Assembly (NCBI GenBank): GCA_029855935.1
Contig: JAGSHN010000018.1
Span: 32,001-96,000, forward strand
Origin: Candidatus Thorarchaeota archaeon
GTDB lineage: Archaea; Asgardarchaeota; Thorarchaeia; Thorarchaeales; Thorarchaeaceae
DNA length: 64,000 nt
Reading direction: 5' to 3'
In this document: positions 47,423-56,541 of the stretch, in pieces
Numbering within the stretch: the first letter of the stretch is position 1
Layout of the letters: each line of letters begins with the position of its first letter
Position numbers and translations under genes: made by a program
The notes under the pieces: generated by a model
The model's input: only the letters and a program-made list of their open reading frames with translations
The model's database searches: none
What the model was told of the DNA's origin: nothing

Positions 47423-49591
47423 TCACCGGAATCCACCAGACACGCAGGCACTATGACATGCACTGTGACAGGCACTATGACAGACACACGCGGAGTGGCA
47501 CGCACTATGACATGCACTGTGACAGGCATCGTGTGACACGCAGGCGCTATGACAGGCGTCATGGGAGACGCAGCGACTTGTCGTCTGGAGTATCTGCTGG
47601 AATGGTGCCGTTATGGTCTGCGCCACTCCGTTCAGGATAGAGCCGATGGTGTTCGTCACGTCCGAGATGACCTGCCCCACGGTGCCGGCCACTTCACCGA
47701 CAACCTGTGTGGTACCTGATGCTCCTGACCTCACAGCCTCGGAGACACCCCTGAACCAGTCTGGGACTGCCGTCGTGCTGACCGGCGTCTTGTCAGATCC
47801 GAGCACGTCAGTGATGCGCGAGTCGTGACGAGGATCCATGTAGAGCCAGTACCACGCCCACGTGTCGTGTGTCGAGCCATCAAAATAGTAGGATACCTTC
47901 TGCTCGGGCGCAGGCTGCGACTCGAGCTCCTGCCAGGCTGACTCGATCATCTCCTCATTGTGATTCTTGGTGGCCTCAAAGTCGGCGTTCCAGACCTTTT
48001 CCTGCACCTTGTCTGCGATGTCCTCGATTAGCTCATCGACCTTTGCAGGATCGAGCTCACCGTCGACTATCGCCTCAAGGAACTTCTCCTCGTAGTACGT
48101 CAGGTCCTCGAAGCGCAGGCCAGTGACGGCCAGCTTCAGCGGGTCTGTGGAGATGATACGGACAGCCCCCTTTCGAACACACGACATCAGTATCATAGTG
48201 ACGAGTCGGTCTCGTGTCAGATTCTGGAACACTGCAGCCTCAACAGGGTCGAGCTCTGCCACCACGCCGGGTTGGCCAAAGGTCTGAATCTCTATCGTTG
48301 GCGACTCATACGCAAAGGTGGTTTCGTCCGCCGACCACACTGCGCCATAACCACGATGAGCGGAGAGAGCATAGAGGACAGCTCCCAACAGGAGGACCCC
48401 AAGAAAGACCCAGACACCCCACGGCACTGAGGCCAATGATGATCCCACACCAGGTGGAACCCACCCGGTCTGCGGCGGTGAGACGAAGATCTCCACACTG
48501 AATGACAGCTGCTGATTATCCGAACCGGTCACCAGGAACGTGATCGTCCTCGTGGTCTCAGCCTCATTGGCGATGAGCGTGTAGTCCAGCTGAAAGCCCT
48601 CTCCACCGTCCAGAGTACCAAGGTATCTGGTCGGTGCCCCCGAGACAAGGGTCACGTTCTCTGGTAGCGACATCGTGGCCACTACGTCATAGATGGGTGC
48701 GTCACCGACGTTATAGACAAGGACATGGAGATCAAAGGACGATGAGGCGACGACATTGAGGTAGGATGGTGCATCATACGCAAGGAGGCCGGGAGCCAAA
48801 TACGCCTCGTAGAAGCTCCAGTTCGTGTAGTGGAATACCACAAGATGCTCGTAGGCATAGACCGGCGAGGCCTCCAGACTCACACTGAAGTTGCGTGGCT
48901 GTCCCGGTGGCCCGGTGGTCGGATACGCAAGTAAGTTCACCTCATCATAGGAACGATAGTTGCCCGAGTTGTCCTCTATTCTCTGACGCGAGTCCACGAC
49001 ATACCCTGCATACTCCGCACCCTCCGGGGTGATGCCACCTTCTCCCGTGATGTAGGAGGAGTTTATCAGGATTGGATAGACGACACGAATCGTCTCTGTG
49101 CCGACATCCTGCTCCCACTGAACGGGCGCCCAATGGAACACTCCATACTTGACACCCTCTTCGGTTTCCGTGAGCTCTACGACCCTGTTCAACGAATAGT
49201 ATCCGAACACGACGAGGACCGTCTGCCCGGCCTGAGCCCGCGGGGTCCAATCCAGCCCATATCCATCTGAGAGAGTCGTAATCACCAAGTCGTATCTCTC
49301 ACCAGCGATCTCGACGTAGGCACGACTACGGTCGGGCTGAGAGGTCTCCTGAATGCCTCTGAGGTCAAAGCCCCCAAGCGACCCAGAGACCACGTCAAAG
49401 GTCATCCAGTAGGTGACGTTCAGTCGCCCATTCGGTTGTACTATGACCTCCACGTCAATCCTGTCAATGTCCACCACGGGGCTCTGCGATGGCGTGGACG
49501 CAGCCGCAGCTGGTGCGATCAGAAGACCGACGAGGGGTGAACCCAAGACGAGGAACAGCAGGCATCTTGCAGCGATAGTGGCACGACGCAA
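47423..49591 (-). CDS. DUF2207-like single-pass membrane protein with C-terminal Cys/His repeat tail
   Basis: Signal peptide, V.VQPNG.L.V N-domain, CARDB-like domain, one TM, LDPVEAA/LTYYE region, (CHSA)n tail. Confidence 0.85.
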   Translation of the reverse strand: MRRATIAARCLLFLVLGSPLVGLLIAPAAAASTPSQSPVVDIDRIDVEVIVQPNGRLNVTYWMTFDVVSGSLGGFDLRGIQETSQPDRSRAYVEIAGERYDLVITTLSDGYGLDWTPRAQAGQTVLVVFGYYSLNRVVELTETEEGVKYGVFHWAPVQWEQDVGTETIRVVYPILINSSYITGEGGITPEGAEYAGYVVDSRQRIEDNSGNYRSYDEVNLLAYPTTGPPGQPRNFSVSLEASPVYAYEHLVVFHYTNWSFYEAYLAPGLLAYDAPSYLNVVASSSFDLHVLVYNVGDAPIYDVVATMSLPENVTLVSGAPTRYLGTLDGGEGFQLDYTLIANEAETTRTITFLVTGSDNQQLSFSVEIFVSPPQTGWVPPGVGSSLASVPWGVWVFLGVLLLGAVLYALSAHRGYGAVWSADETTFAYESPTIEIQTFGQPGVVAELDPVEAAVFQNLTRDRLVTMILMSCVRKGAVRIISTDPLKLAVTGLRFEDLTYYEEKFLEAIVDGELDPAKVDELIEDIADKVQEKVWNADFEATKNHNEEMIESAWQELESQPAPEQKVSYYFDGSTHDTWAWYWLYMDPRHDSRITDVLGSDKTPVSTTAVPDWFRGVSEAVRSGASGTTQVVGEVAGTVGQVISDVTNTIGSILNGVAQTITAPFQQILQTTSRCVSHDACHSACVSHDACHSACHSACHSACVCHSACHSACHSACVSGGFR
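47426..47572 (-). repeat. 12-nt coding repeat encoding CVSHDA/CHSA units
   Basis: 7x CHSA and 2x CVSHDA with synonymous codon variation. Confidence 0.95.
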
Positions 49592-49594
49592 GTC

Positions 49595-49921
49595 TCACTT
49601 TCCCTCCGAACTCAACTTCTTGGCCGTCGACCGCAGCAACGACTCTGCAGCCTCCATATGGCCGAGTGCGGACTCGATGGAGTCATGGGTCTCGTACCAG
49701 TCGATAGAGCCAATCGTGGTGCGAACAGCCTGAAGACTGTCAGCGCCGTTCATCAGCATCGTAGACAGGGGTACGTGCAGCTGCCCAACAACATCGTGGC
49801 GCTTGAGGTATTCGACAAGGACGGACTCAACGAAGTCGTCAACTGTCGTGTGGTTCTCACTTCGACTCACGAGCCTCTCCAAGAGCTCGTAGACCACCTC
49901 TGAGATCTCCACCGAGACCAT
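49595..49921 (-). CDS. ribbon-helix-helix-like small protein
   Basis: VSVEISEVVYELLERL...TVDDFVESVL N-terminus. Confidence 0.6.
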   Translation of the reverse strand: MVSVEISEVVYELLERLVSRSENHTTVDDFVESVLVEYLKRHDVVGQLHVPLSTMLMNGADSLQAVRTTIGSIDWYETHDSIESALGHMEAAESLLRSTAKKLSSEGK

Positions 49922-49937
49922 TTCGGGTCAGGCTCTC

Positions 49938-50333
49938 CTATTCACCTCTCCGGGCCCTGAGGACCTCAGCCTGTGCCAGCGTCAGGTTCGAGAGGTCAGC
50001 CTTGGCCTCCGCCCACTCGTTCAGCGACGGAAACTCCTGAATCATACCGCTCCAGACAAGGTGATAGACACGCTTGAGGATCTTGGTGGGGTCGCCATCC
50101 GTACCGACGTACTCGAAGAACGCCTTGATCACTGCTGGCGACTGCTCCGAGATGTTCTGTGGTACCTCGGTACCGAATCCCGCAAATGCCACCTCCATCT
50201 CCCTGAGAACATCCATCCGCTCCCTTATCCCTGCTGCAATGACGGGGAGGTCGATGTCAAAGGCACTGAAGCGCATCACCAGTTTCTTGTCGGTTATTGT
50301 GCCGTATGGTAGAACAATCTCACGCGAACTCAT
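49938..50333 (-). CDS. hypothetical protein
   Basis: Start reassigned to MSSREIV after GGAGAG; first gene of the leftward operon. Confidence 0.7.
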   Translation of the reverse strand: MSSREIVLPYGTITDKKLVMRFSAFDIDLPVIAAGIRERMDVLREMEVAFAGFGTEVPQNISEQSPAVIKAFFEYVGTDGDPTKILKRVYHLVWSGMIQEFPSLNEWAEAKADLSNLTLAQAEVLRARRGE

Positions 50334-50467
50334 CGCACTTCTCTCCAGAGGTCTTGTGCGAATGAGAGCCCATGAGCAGATAAGCATTTCATCTGTCAGT
50401 GTGGTGGCGATGCCAATCAGTTTATCCGCCCTGTGGCGATTGAGTACAGGGACACGGAGACGAGGCA

Positions 50468-51886
50468 ATGAGGCTGCCCGCGTACAACTATGCGATTGAG
50501 GACCTCGAATGGGTACCACATTTCATCTCTGAGGTGAGGGACTACTTCTTCGTACGACCACACGACAACCTGCTGATACTCCGACCCAACAAGGTCATGC
50601 ATCTCAATCAGACAGCAGTGGAGATGCTGAAAAGGCTGCTTGAGGGGCAGAGCCCTGAGCAGGTCGTAGAGGCATTTGTGAAGAGAGGGGTCCACAGGCA
50701 GACAGTGATGAACGACCTCGCAGCGTTCGTCGAAGACCTGCGAGAGATGGTCTCGGGAAACCAGAACATCTACTCCTACCGCACGGCACGGATCGTCCCC
50801 TTCGGAAAGAGCGAGATCAAGTATCCCGTTCTGAGCGAGATAGCTCTGACGTACAGATGCAACAACAGATGCAAGTTCTGCTATGCTTATTCCCCCTATC
50901 GCGAGTCGGGCGAGATGACGACGGATGAGGTCAAGCGGGTGATTGACATCATCGCCGATGATGCTCACGTCCCCAGCCTGTCCTTCACTGGTGGCGAGCC
51001 GACTCTCAGAGACGACCTGTTCGAGCTGATCCGTTACGGACGCCAGAAGGGTCTGAGGATGAACCTCATCACCAATGGTCGACGGTGTGCTGACCCCGAC
51101 TTTGTCCAGCGGCTCGTGGAGGCAGGACTGAACAGTGCACAGGTCTCGGTCGAGGGGCCTGATGCAGAAACCCACGATGGTATAGTCGGTGTGAGAGGCG
51201 CCTTCGAGCAGACCGTAAAGGGGGTGAAGAACCTCAGGGCGACTGACATCTACACGCACTGCAACACCACAATCTGCAGGCCCAATGTCGACCGACTGGA
51301 GGACCTTGTCGACTTCTACAAGGACGAGCTGGGTCTCTCATACTTCAGTATGAATATGGTCATCTACACGGGGACCGCCGCAAAGCTGCGCGATGAACTG
51401 CAGATAAGATACTCGGAGATAGGTGACATCGTGCGAAGAGTACGCAGGCGTGCCAAGAGGAGGGGCATCGAGTTTGTGTGGTACGCCCCGACACCCGTGT
51501 GCCTCTTCAATCCCATTGCCAACGGTCTGGGAGCCAAGATGTGCGCGGCCTGCGATGGTCTGCTGTCCGTCGACGCAGAGGGGGGCCTCCTGCCGTGCTC
51601 CAGCTTCAGCGAGCCAGTTGGCAACCTGCTCAGAGAGGGCTTCGAGAAGGTCTGGTACAGTCGTGCGGCGAAGTTCTGGAGGAACAAGGAATACGCGCCA
51701 GAGGGCTGCAGGAGATGTGATATGTTCGACTACTGCATGGGTGCCTGCCCGCTATACTGGGATGTACAGGGCTATGACGAGATCAAGGACCAGTGGCCAA
51801 GGCGCAGCGCAGCAGCCTCAAAGATCGATGAGTGGAGGCTGACCCTGCGGAGGAGGATAAAGGGGCATCAGCACGGCATTACGTAG
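50468..51886 (+). CDS. radical SAM/SPASM protein with N-terminal PqqD/RRE-like domain
   Basis: CNNRCKFC, FTGGEP, ITNG; SPASM CAAC...LPC...GNL...CRRCDMFDYCMGAC; N-terminal LNQTAVEML...F.EDL. Confidence 0.92.
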   Translation: MRLPAYNYAIEDLEWVPHFISEVRDYFFVRPHDNLLILRPNKVMHLNQTAVEMLKRLLEGQSPEQVVEAFVKRGVHRQTVMNDLAAFVEDLREMVSGNQNIYSYRTARIVPFGKSEIKYPVLSEIALTYRCNNRCKFCYAYSPYRESGEMTTDEVKRVIDIIADDAHVPSLSFTGGEPTLRDDLFELIRYGRQKGLRMNLITNGRRCADPDFVQRLVEAGLNSAQVSVEGPDAETHDGIVGVRGAFEQTVKGVKNLRATDIYTHCNTTICRPNVDRLEDLVDFYKDELGLSYFSMNMVIYTGTAAKLRDELQIRYSEIGDIVRRVRRRAKRRGIEFVWYAPTPVCLFNPIANGLGAKMCAACDGLLSVDAEGGLLPCSSFSEPVGNLLREGFEKVWYSRAAKFWRNKEYAPEGCRRCDMFDYCMGACPLYWDVQGYDEIKDQWPRRSAAASKIDEWRLTLRRRIKGHQHGIT

Positions 51887-51927
51887 AGAGTGCAGACTAA
51901 TAGGGGGCCTCGTTTCACACGCAGGGT

Positions 51928-53061
51928 ATGCATATCGACGACCTTGTCACTCCGTCTGTCCTTGTGGACCGTCCCAGGCTCCTGCGCAACATCGAGCGGA
52001 TGGCAAGAAGGACCCGTGAGCTTGGTGTCGCTCTCCGGCCGCACGTCAAGACCCACAAGTGCATAGAGATAGCGAGGATGCAGGGGAGTGCTGGCATCAG
52101 AGGCATCACCGTGTCAACCCTGTTCGAGGCCCGGGTCTTCGCAGATGCGGGATTCGATGACATCACCTATGCTTTCCCCATCGCGCCTGACAAGTTCAGT
52201 GTTCCAGGTCAGCTCGCTGAACGCGTGAGTCTCAACGTCATCCTCGACAATCCTGTCACCGTTGATGCACTATCCGAATACTGTGAGAGCAATGACCTCA
52301 TAATGAATGTCCTGCTCAAGGTCGATGTGGGCTACCATCGTGCAGGAGTTCTGTGGGACGATCCTGCCGCGATACATCTTGTTGAGAGAATTGCGCGTGC
52401 TGGTGGTCTGGAGTTCAGAGGAATCCTCACTCACGAGGGCCACGTATACGACGCCTCTACACCAGATGAGATCAGAGAGATCGAGATGACCTCGCAGAGG
52501 AGGATGGTTGACCTTGCGGAACGACTGGCTCGTCACGATGAGCGACTGCGCCCTGAGGTGGTGTCTGTCGGCTCCACTCCGGGCTGTTCGTTGATGACCG
52601 AGGTTGTTGACGGGATAACCGAGGTCCGCCCGGGGAACTACGTCTTCTATGACTACGAGCAGGTCGCTCTCGGCTCCTGCACGATAGATGACTGCGCATT
52701 GCTGGTGCTTGCATCGGTCGTCGGAACGTATGGGGACAGGCTCATCATTGATGCTGGAGCCACCACACTCTCGGTGGACGCGGGACCAGTACATCTCGAA
52801 CCAGACTGCGGGTTCGGAAAGATTGTGAGCAACGGGGTTCACCGCTCGATCGATGATGCATTGGTGATTGCGGGTCTGTCACAAGAGCACGGAAAGATCA
52901 GAGTGAGAGAGAAGGGGGCCTCAGCAAGATATCGGGTGGGGGACCGCCTCTGGATTGTTCCCAATCACTCGTGCCTGACCGCCAACCTGTCGGACTGGTA
53001 CGTCGTCGTCGATGGTGATAGAGTAGTCGACAGGTGGGGAATTCATCGCGGCCGGCTGTGA
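51928..53061 (+). CDS. PLP-dependent D-threonine aldolase/D-serine dehydratase family (fold III)
   Basis: RPHVKTHK, HRAG, GSTP, EVRPGNY, SQEHG, PNHSC. Confidence 0.88.
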   Translation: MHIDDLVTPSVLVDRPRLLRNIERMARRTRELGVALRPHVKTHKCIEIARMQGSAGIRGITVSTLFEARVFADAGFDDITYAFPIAPDKFSVPGQLAERVSLNVILDNPVTVDALSEYCESNDLIMNVLLKVDVGYHRAGVLWDDPAAIHLVERIARAGGLEFRGILTHEGHVYDASTPDEIREIEMTSQRRMVDLAERLARHDERLRPEVVSVGSTPGCSLMTEVVDGITEVRPGNYVFYDYEQVALGSCTIDDCALLVLASVVGTYGDRLIIDAGATTLSVDAGPVHLEPDCGFGKIVSNGVHRSIDDALVIAGLSQEHGKIRVREKGASARYRVGDRLWIVPNHSCLTANLSDWYVVVDGDRVVDRWGIHRGRL

Positions 53062-53078
53062 GCAGAGGACTCGACAAC

Positions 53079-53792
53079 TCAGTCGACACGATTGACTATC
53101 AGATGTCCGCAGTAGGGACACTCCTCCTCTTCGCCAGGGAGGACAGGGGCCTCGAGACGTCCTCCGCACTGAGGACACTTCGTGATGGCACGAGGCAGCT
53201 CGGCAACAGCCTCTGCGGTGTACACGACCCTCGAGTTCCGGTCAATCGTCCCACGGAACTTTCCAGCACGAGAGAGTTCCTCCAGTGCCTCCACGATCTG
53301 CTCGTCCGTCGCATTGGTCACACGGGATATCTGATCGAACGTCATCCTCCGCTGAGCATAGAGAAGATGAAGCAGACTCTCCTGCAGGCTCACTGCACCG
53401 GGACTGACAATCTCACCATGTGCTGCGTCGAGATACACGAGCGGGAACTTCCGGCGTGCCAGAGCCTCAGCCACATCTGCAACGTCCGAGACGCTGACGC
53501 CCAACTCCCGAGCGGCGGCCTCCAACCCTATGCGTCCCTCTCTCTGCACGAGCGCGATGACTCTGCTGGACACATCACCAATTCTTGCCGCGCGCGTTCC
53601 CTTGATCAGTAGCCACAGTCCCACAGCGAGCTCGGGCAGGCCAAGGATGGCCCATGATATCACCACCGCGGAGATAAACGTCGTGGACGATCCGGCTGCC
53701 ACCTTCAGGGCAGACTGGTAGACGAGCACTGACATGAATGCTGAGACAGCAATCAGCACGATTCCAAGGAACTGGAGTAGGCGTGCATTCAT
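53079..53792 (-). CDS. membrane protein with tandem winged-helix (PCI-like) domains and Zn ribbon
   Basis: 2 TM, two wHTH-like units (GKFRGTID), CPQCG...CPYCG. Confidence 0.75.
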   Translation of the reverse strand: MNARLLQFLGIVLIAVSAFMSVLVYQSALKVAAGSSTTFISAVVISWAILGLPELAVGLWLLIKGTRAARIGDVSSRVIALVQREGRIGLEAAARELGVSVSDVADVAEALARRKFPLVYLDAAHGEIVSPGAVSLQESLLHLLYAQRRMTFDQISRVTNATDEQIVEALEELSRAGKFRGTIDRNSRVVYTAEAVAELPRAITKCPQCGGRLEAPVLPGEEEECPYCGHLIVNRVD

Positions 53793-54338
53793 CGAGATTC
53801 ACTCTTGTTTCGCAATGGCAATTGGGGAATTATATATTTCCAGATCGGGAGTGAGCATAGATTGACAACACATACAAGATTGAAGCGCGCCCACATCAGC
53901 ATAGAAGCGTGTCTGAGAGCAATCCTCTTGCCTATCGAATCGTCGCGCAATCAAGAGAGAGAACCTACTACGTATCGGAGAAACAGAGCAGGGACTGGAG
54001 GTATGTGCGATTGTGGAGCGGGCGTTGATATCGTTTTTCCTCACAAGAACGAACGGAATGATAGGAAGGGACATTCCGAGTCGGCAAAGCTGCCACTGAC
54101 TCGGGGAATTCAATCAGACACAAGATGATGCCAGCGGAACTTGGTCACTTCGTAAATCGCCTCGTACCAAGCCCATTGAGAATCCTGCTACCATTCCCTA
54201 TTGGGATTTCGTTCTTGTGGGCGCGAGGCTTCTCATTTCTTGGCTCAAGACAAGACCAGTTGGAATGAACCGTTGCCCATATCGCGAAACATTCATTTCA
54301 AAGAATGAGGGAGAAGAACAGGGACGGGAAAGACCACA

Positions 54339-55832
54339 ATGCAAGAAGAAGGAACTGATCTCTCCACGGACTTCGTGCGATTCCATATCACGAATCTTGG
54401 ACCATTGAGGAAAGCTACGATTGTCCTGCGCCCATTGTCGGTTTTCATTGGTCCAAACAATGCTGGAAAGTCGTATGTGGCCACAATCATCCACGCGCTT
54501 GGCACTTCGTTTCTCTCGGCGGAATTCCCTTGGAGGGCAGTCTTTTCTTCCGATGACTACGTAGTAGATAAGAAGAAACGTCTTGATGCGAAGTTGCTGG
54601 AGAAAATTGTTCAAGCAGTGGGCTCCAATCTCGGAGATCTGGGCGTTGTCGGAGGACTCGTAGAGGATCGCACGGCGAAGATTGTCCGCTGGACACTTGC
54701 GGGACTAGAGCGCTCAATATCCGGTGAGATAGTGCGTTCATTCTCCTGTAGGCTCAGCGACATCGTTAGATTCGGCGCCAACAAGATGAGGATAGTAGTG
54801 GAGAACAGGTATTCGGACTACGAAGTCACTGTATCAAAGACTGGCGAGGTCAGCCTCAGAGTTCGCGACATTCACTTGCCGATCAAGAGAGCAGACTCTG
54901 GCATTCCCTACATACCATCAATCAATCGTGAAGTCATTGCAGGCTGGATCTCACACCTTTTGACGGCAAGCAAACCTGAGCAAGCGGCTCGAGCCATTGC
55001 CGATGTGGCTGTTGTCCTGACAACGCTGGGCATACTCTATCCCCTCGTCGGAGTAACAAACAGCCTGTACCTTCCAGCAGCAAGAGGCGGTTCTGTCCAG
55101 ACCTATCGCTCACTTGCAGCTGAGTATGTTCTTCAGCTTCCATTTGCCCTCTCCGAGCCCCAGTCAAGGCCACCCACCCTGAGCAAGACGATGGCTTTGC
55201 TCTTCGCAAAGATGATTAACATGCCCGATGAGAGAGGCCCATTGGCCGAGATTGCTGAGGAGTATGAGGCTAGAACGACAGGAGGACACATTGAAATAGT
55301 ACAAGACTCAAAGCATAAACTTCCACGTCTAGAGTTCAGATATGCCGGGCATTCAATGGGACTTCAGAGGGTCTCATCCTCGATATCAGAACTGGCTCCG
55401 CTGTATTTGTATCTAAAGTATTATGTCACACCGAAGTCAATGTTGACAATCGAGGAGCCAGAGGCCCATCTTCATCCGGAGAACCAGCTGATAGTTGCAA
55501 AACTGATTGCCCGCCTAGTCAACGAGGGAGTTGTCCTGCTAGTCACGACACATAGCGACTATCTGCTAAATCAGCTGAGCAACTGTATTGGTGCATCAAG
55601 ACTCACATCCGAACAAAAACAAGCACTTGGCATTCTAGACAGCGAAACTTTGCCATCTGACAAGGTGGCCATATATCTATTCGAAACAGTTGGTGATGGA
55701 GAATTCACAACACGACAACTATGCATAGACTGGGAAGGTATCCCGGATGATGAGTTCTCAAAGGTATATGAGCAACTATATGAACAGTCGGTATTGATAG
55801 ATACTGCACTCTCTCGCCCTGGTGACAGGTGA
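54339..55832 (+). CDS. ABC-type (AAA_15/AAA_21-like) ATPase
   Basis: GPNNAGKS, LPAARG, SSSISE, IEEPEAHLHP, TTHSDY. Confidence 0.9.
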   Translation: MQEEGTDLSTDFVRFHITNLGPLRKATIVLRPLSVFIGPNNAGKSYVATIIHALGTSFLSAEFPWRAVFSSDDYVVDKKKRLDAKLLEKIVQAVGSNLGDLGVVGGLVEDRTAKIVRWTLAGLERSISGEIVRSFSCRLSDIVRFGANKMRIVVENRYSDYEVTVSKTGEVSLRVRDIHLPIKRADSGIPYIPSINREVIAGWISHLLTASKPEQAARAIADVAVVLTTLGILYPLVGVTNSLYLPAARGGSVQTYRSLAAEYVLQLPFALSEPQSRPPTLSKTMALLFAKMINMPDERGPLAEIAEEYEARTTGGHIEIVQDSKHKLPRLEFRYAGHSMGLQRVSSSISELAPLYLYLKYYVTPKSMLTIEEPEAHLHPENQLIVAKLIARLVNEGVVLLVTTHSDYLLNQLSNCIGASRLTSEQKQALGILDSETLPSDKVAIYLFETVGDGEFTTRQLCIDWEGIPDDEFSKVYEQLYEQSVLIDTALSRPGDR

Positions 55833-56326
55833 GCCATATGAGCGTGGTTACCTGCATCAGGAAAGAGTATGCCAACTATGTATATCGATGCAGGGAGAGA
55901 GGAAGCAGGGTCGATACTACTGGTATTGAATGTGTTGTACTCTGGGGCGATGCGATTGAGAGAGATTTCATTGGGAATGCCATGCTTCGTAAGAGCTGTG
56001 ATTGCATCATCATATCCGAATGGAAGGAGGATGTTATAGTCCTTTTTGTTGAACTAAAGAGGGGAACTGTCAAGGCGGACGATTGCATCGTCAAGATGCA
56101 GACCTGCTACGAACACGCCACGAATATTCTTCAGCACTGCTCAATTCGGCCGACTGGCTGGAATCCAATCTTTCTCGTTGTTCATAGACGTATGAAGACA
56201 CACGAGATGGCTCAGCTGAGATCGAAACGAATGAGATGCGGCGGAAAGAGATATCCAATATGGTCGCGGCCGAGCCCATTGAAATTACGGGAGCTTGTGG
56301 AGAGATGGCATCAATTCGTCCAATGA
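55829..56326 (+). CDS. putative PD-(D/E)xK nuclease partner
   Basis: SCDCIII...FVELK; GTGA overlap with the ATPase stop. Confidence 0.65.
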   Translation: MSHMSVVTCIRKEYANYVYRCRERGSRVDTTGIECVVLWGDAIERDFIGNAMLRKSCDCIIISEWKEDVIVLFVELKRGTVKADDCIVKMQTCYEHATNILQHCSIRPTGWNPIFLVVHRRMKTHEMAQLRSKRMRCGGKRYPIWSRPSPLKLRELVERWHQFVQ

Positions 56327-56541
56327 GAGTCAGAATCCGATTCAACTCAATATGAGTTGCTCATTGAGTCGGTACTTACTGAGTGCGTGAGAATCAGCAA
56401 GCACATGCTGGCAACGTGACGGATGCCAGATACCTATTGGGGTGTTCCCCAGATAATCGGCGGAGTATCTGCCCGAATGATTTAATTAGAGAGAAAGACA
56501 CTGTGAGAAACACGTTACACACCCTGAAGGACGTATTTGCA

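Noticed and set aside
47426-47572. Short direct repeats as a CRISPR array or microsatellite
   Set aside because: 12-nt in-frame units with synonymous variation, no spacers and no cas genes
47426-47572. CHSACH as Cx3CH heme-c attachment sites
   Set aside because: The motifs overlap and share Cys residues, the tail is predicted cytoplasmic, and no cytochrome c maturation genes are nearby; disfavoured rather than excluded
47395-47640. Plus-strand His/Asp/Arg repeat ORF as a precursor peptide
   Set aside because: Antisense shadow of the CHSA repeat
50417-51259. Long antisense ORFs (also 61574-62350, 4487-5179 and 40325-41002)
   Set aside because: They lie opposite well-supported genes, as expected in GC-rich DNA
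53805-54128. 107-aa ORF, possibly a GIY-YIG remnant
   Set aside because: Resemblance is weak and split across frames
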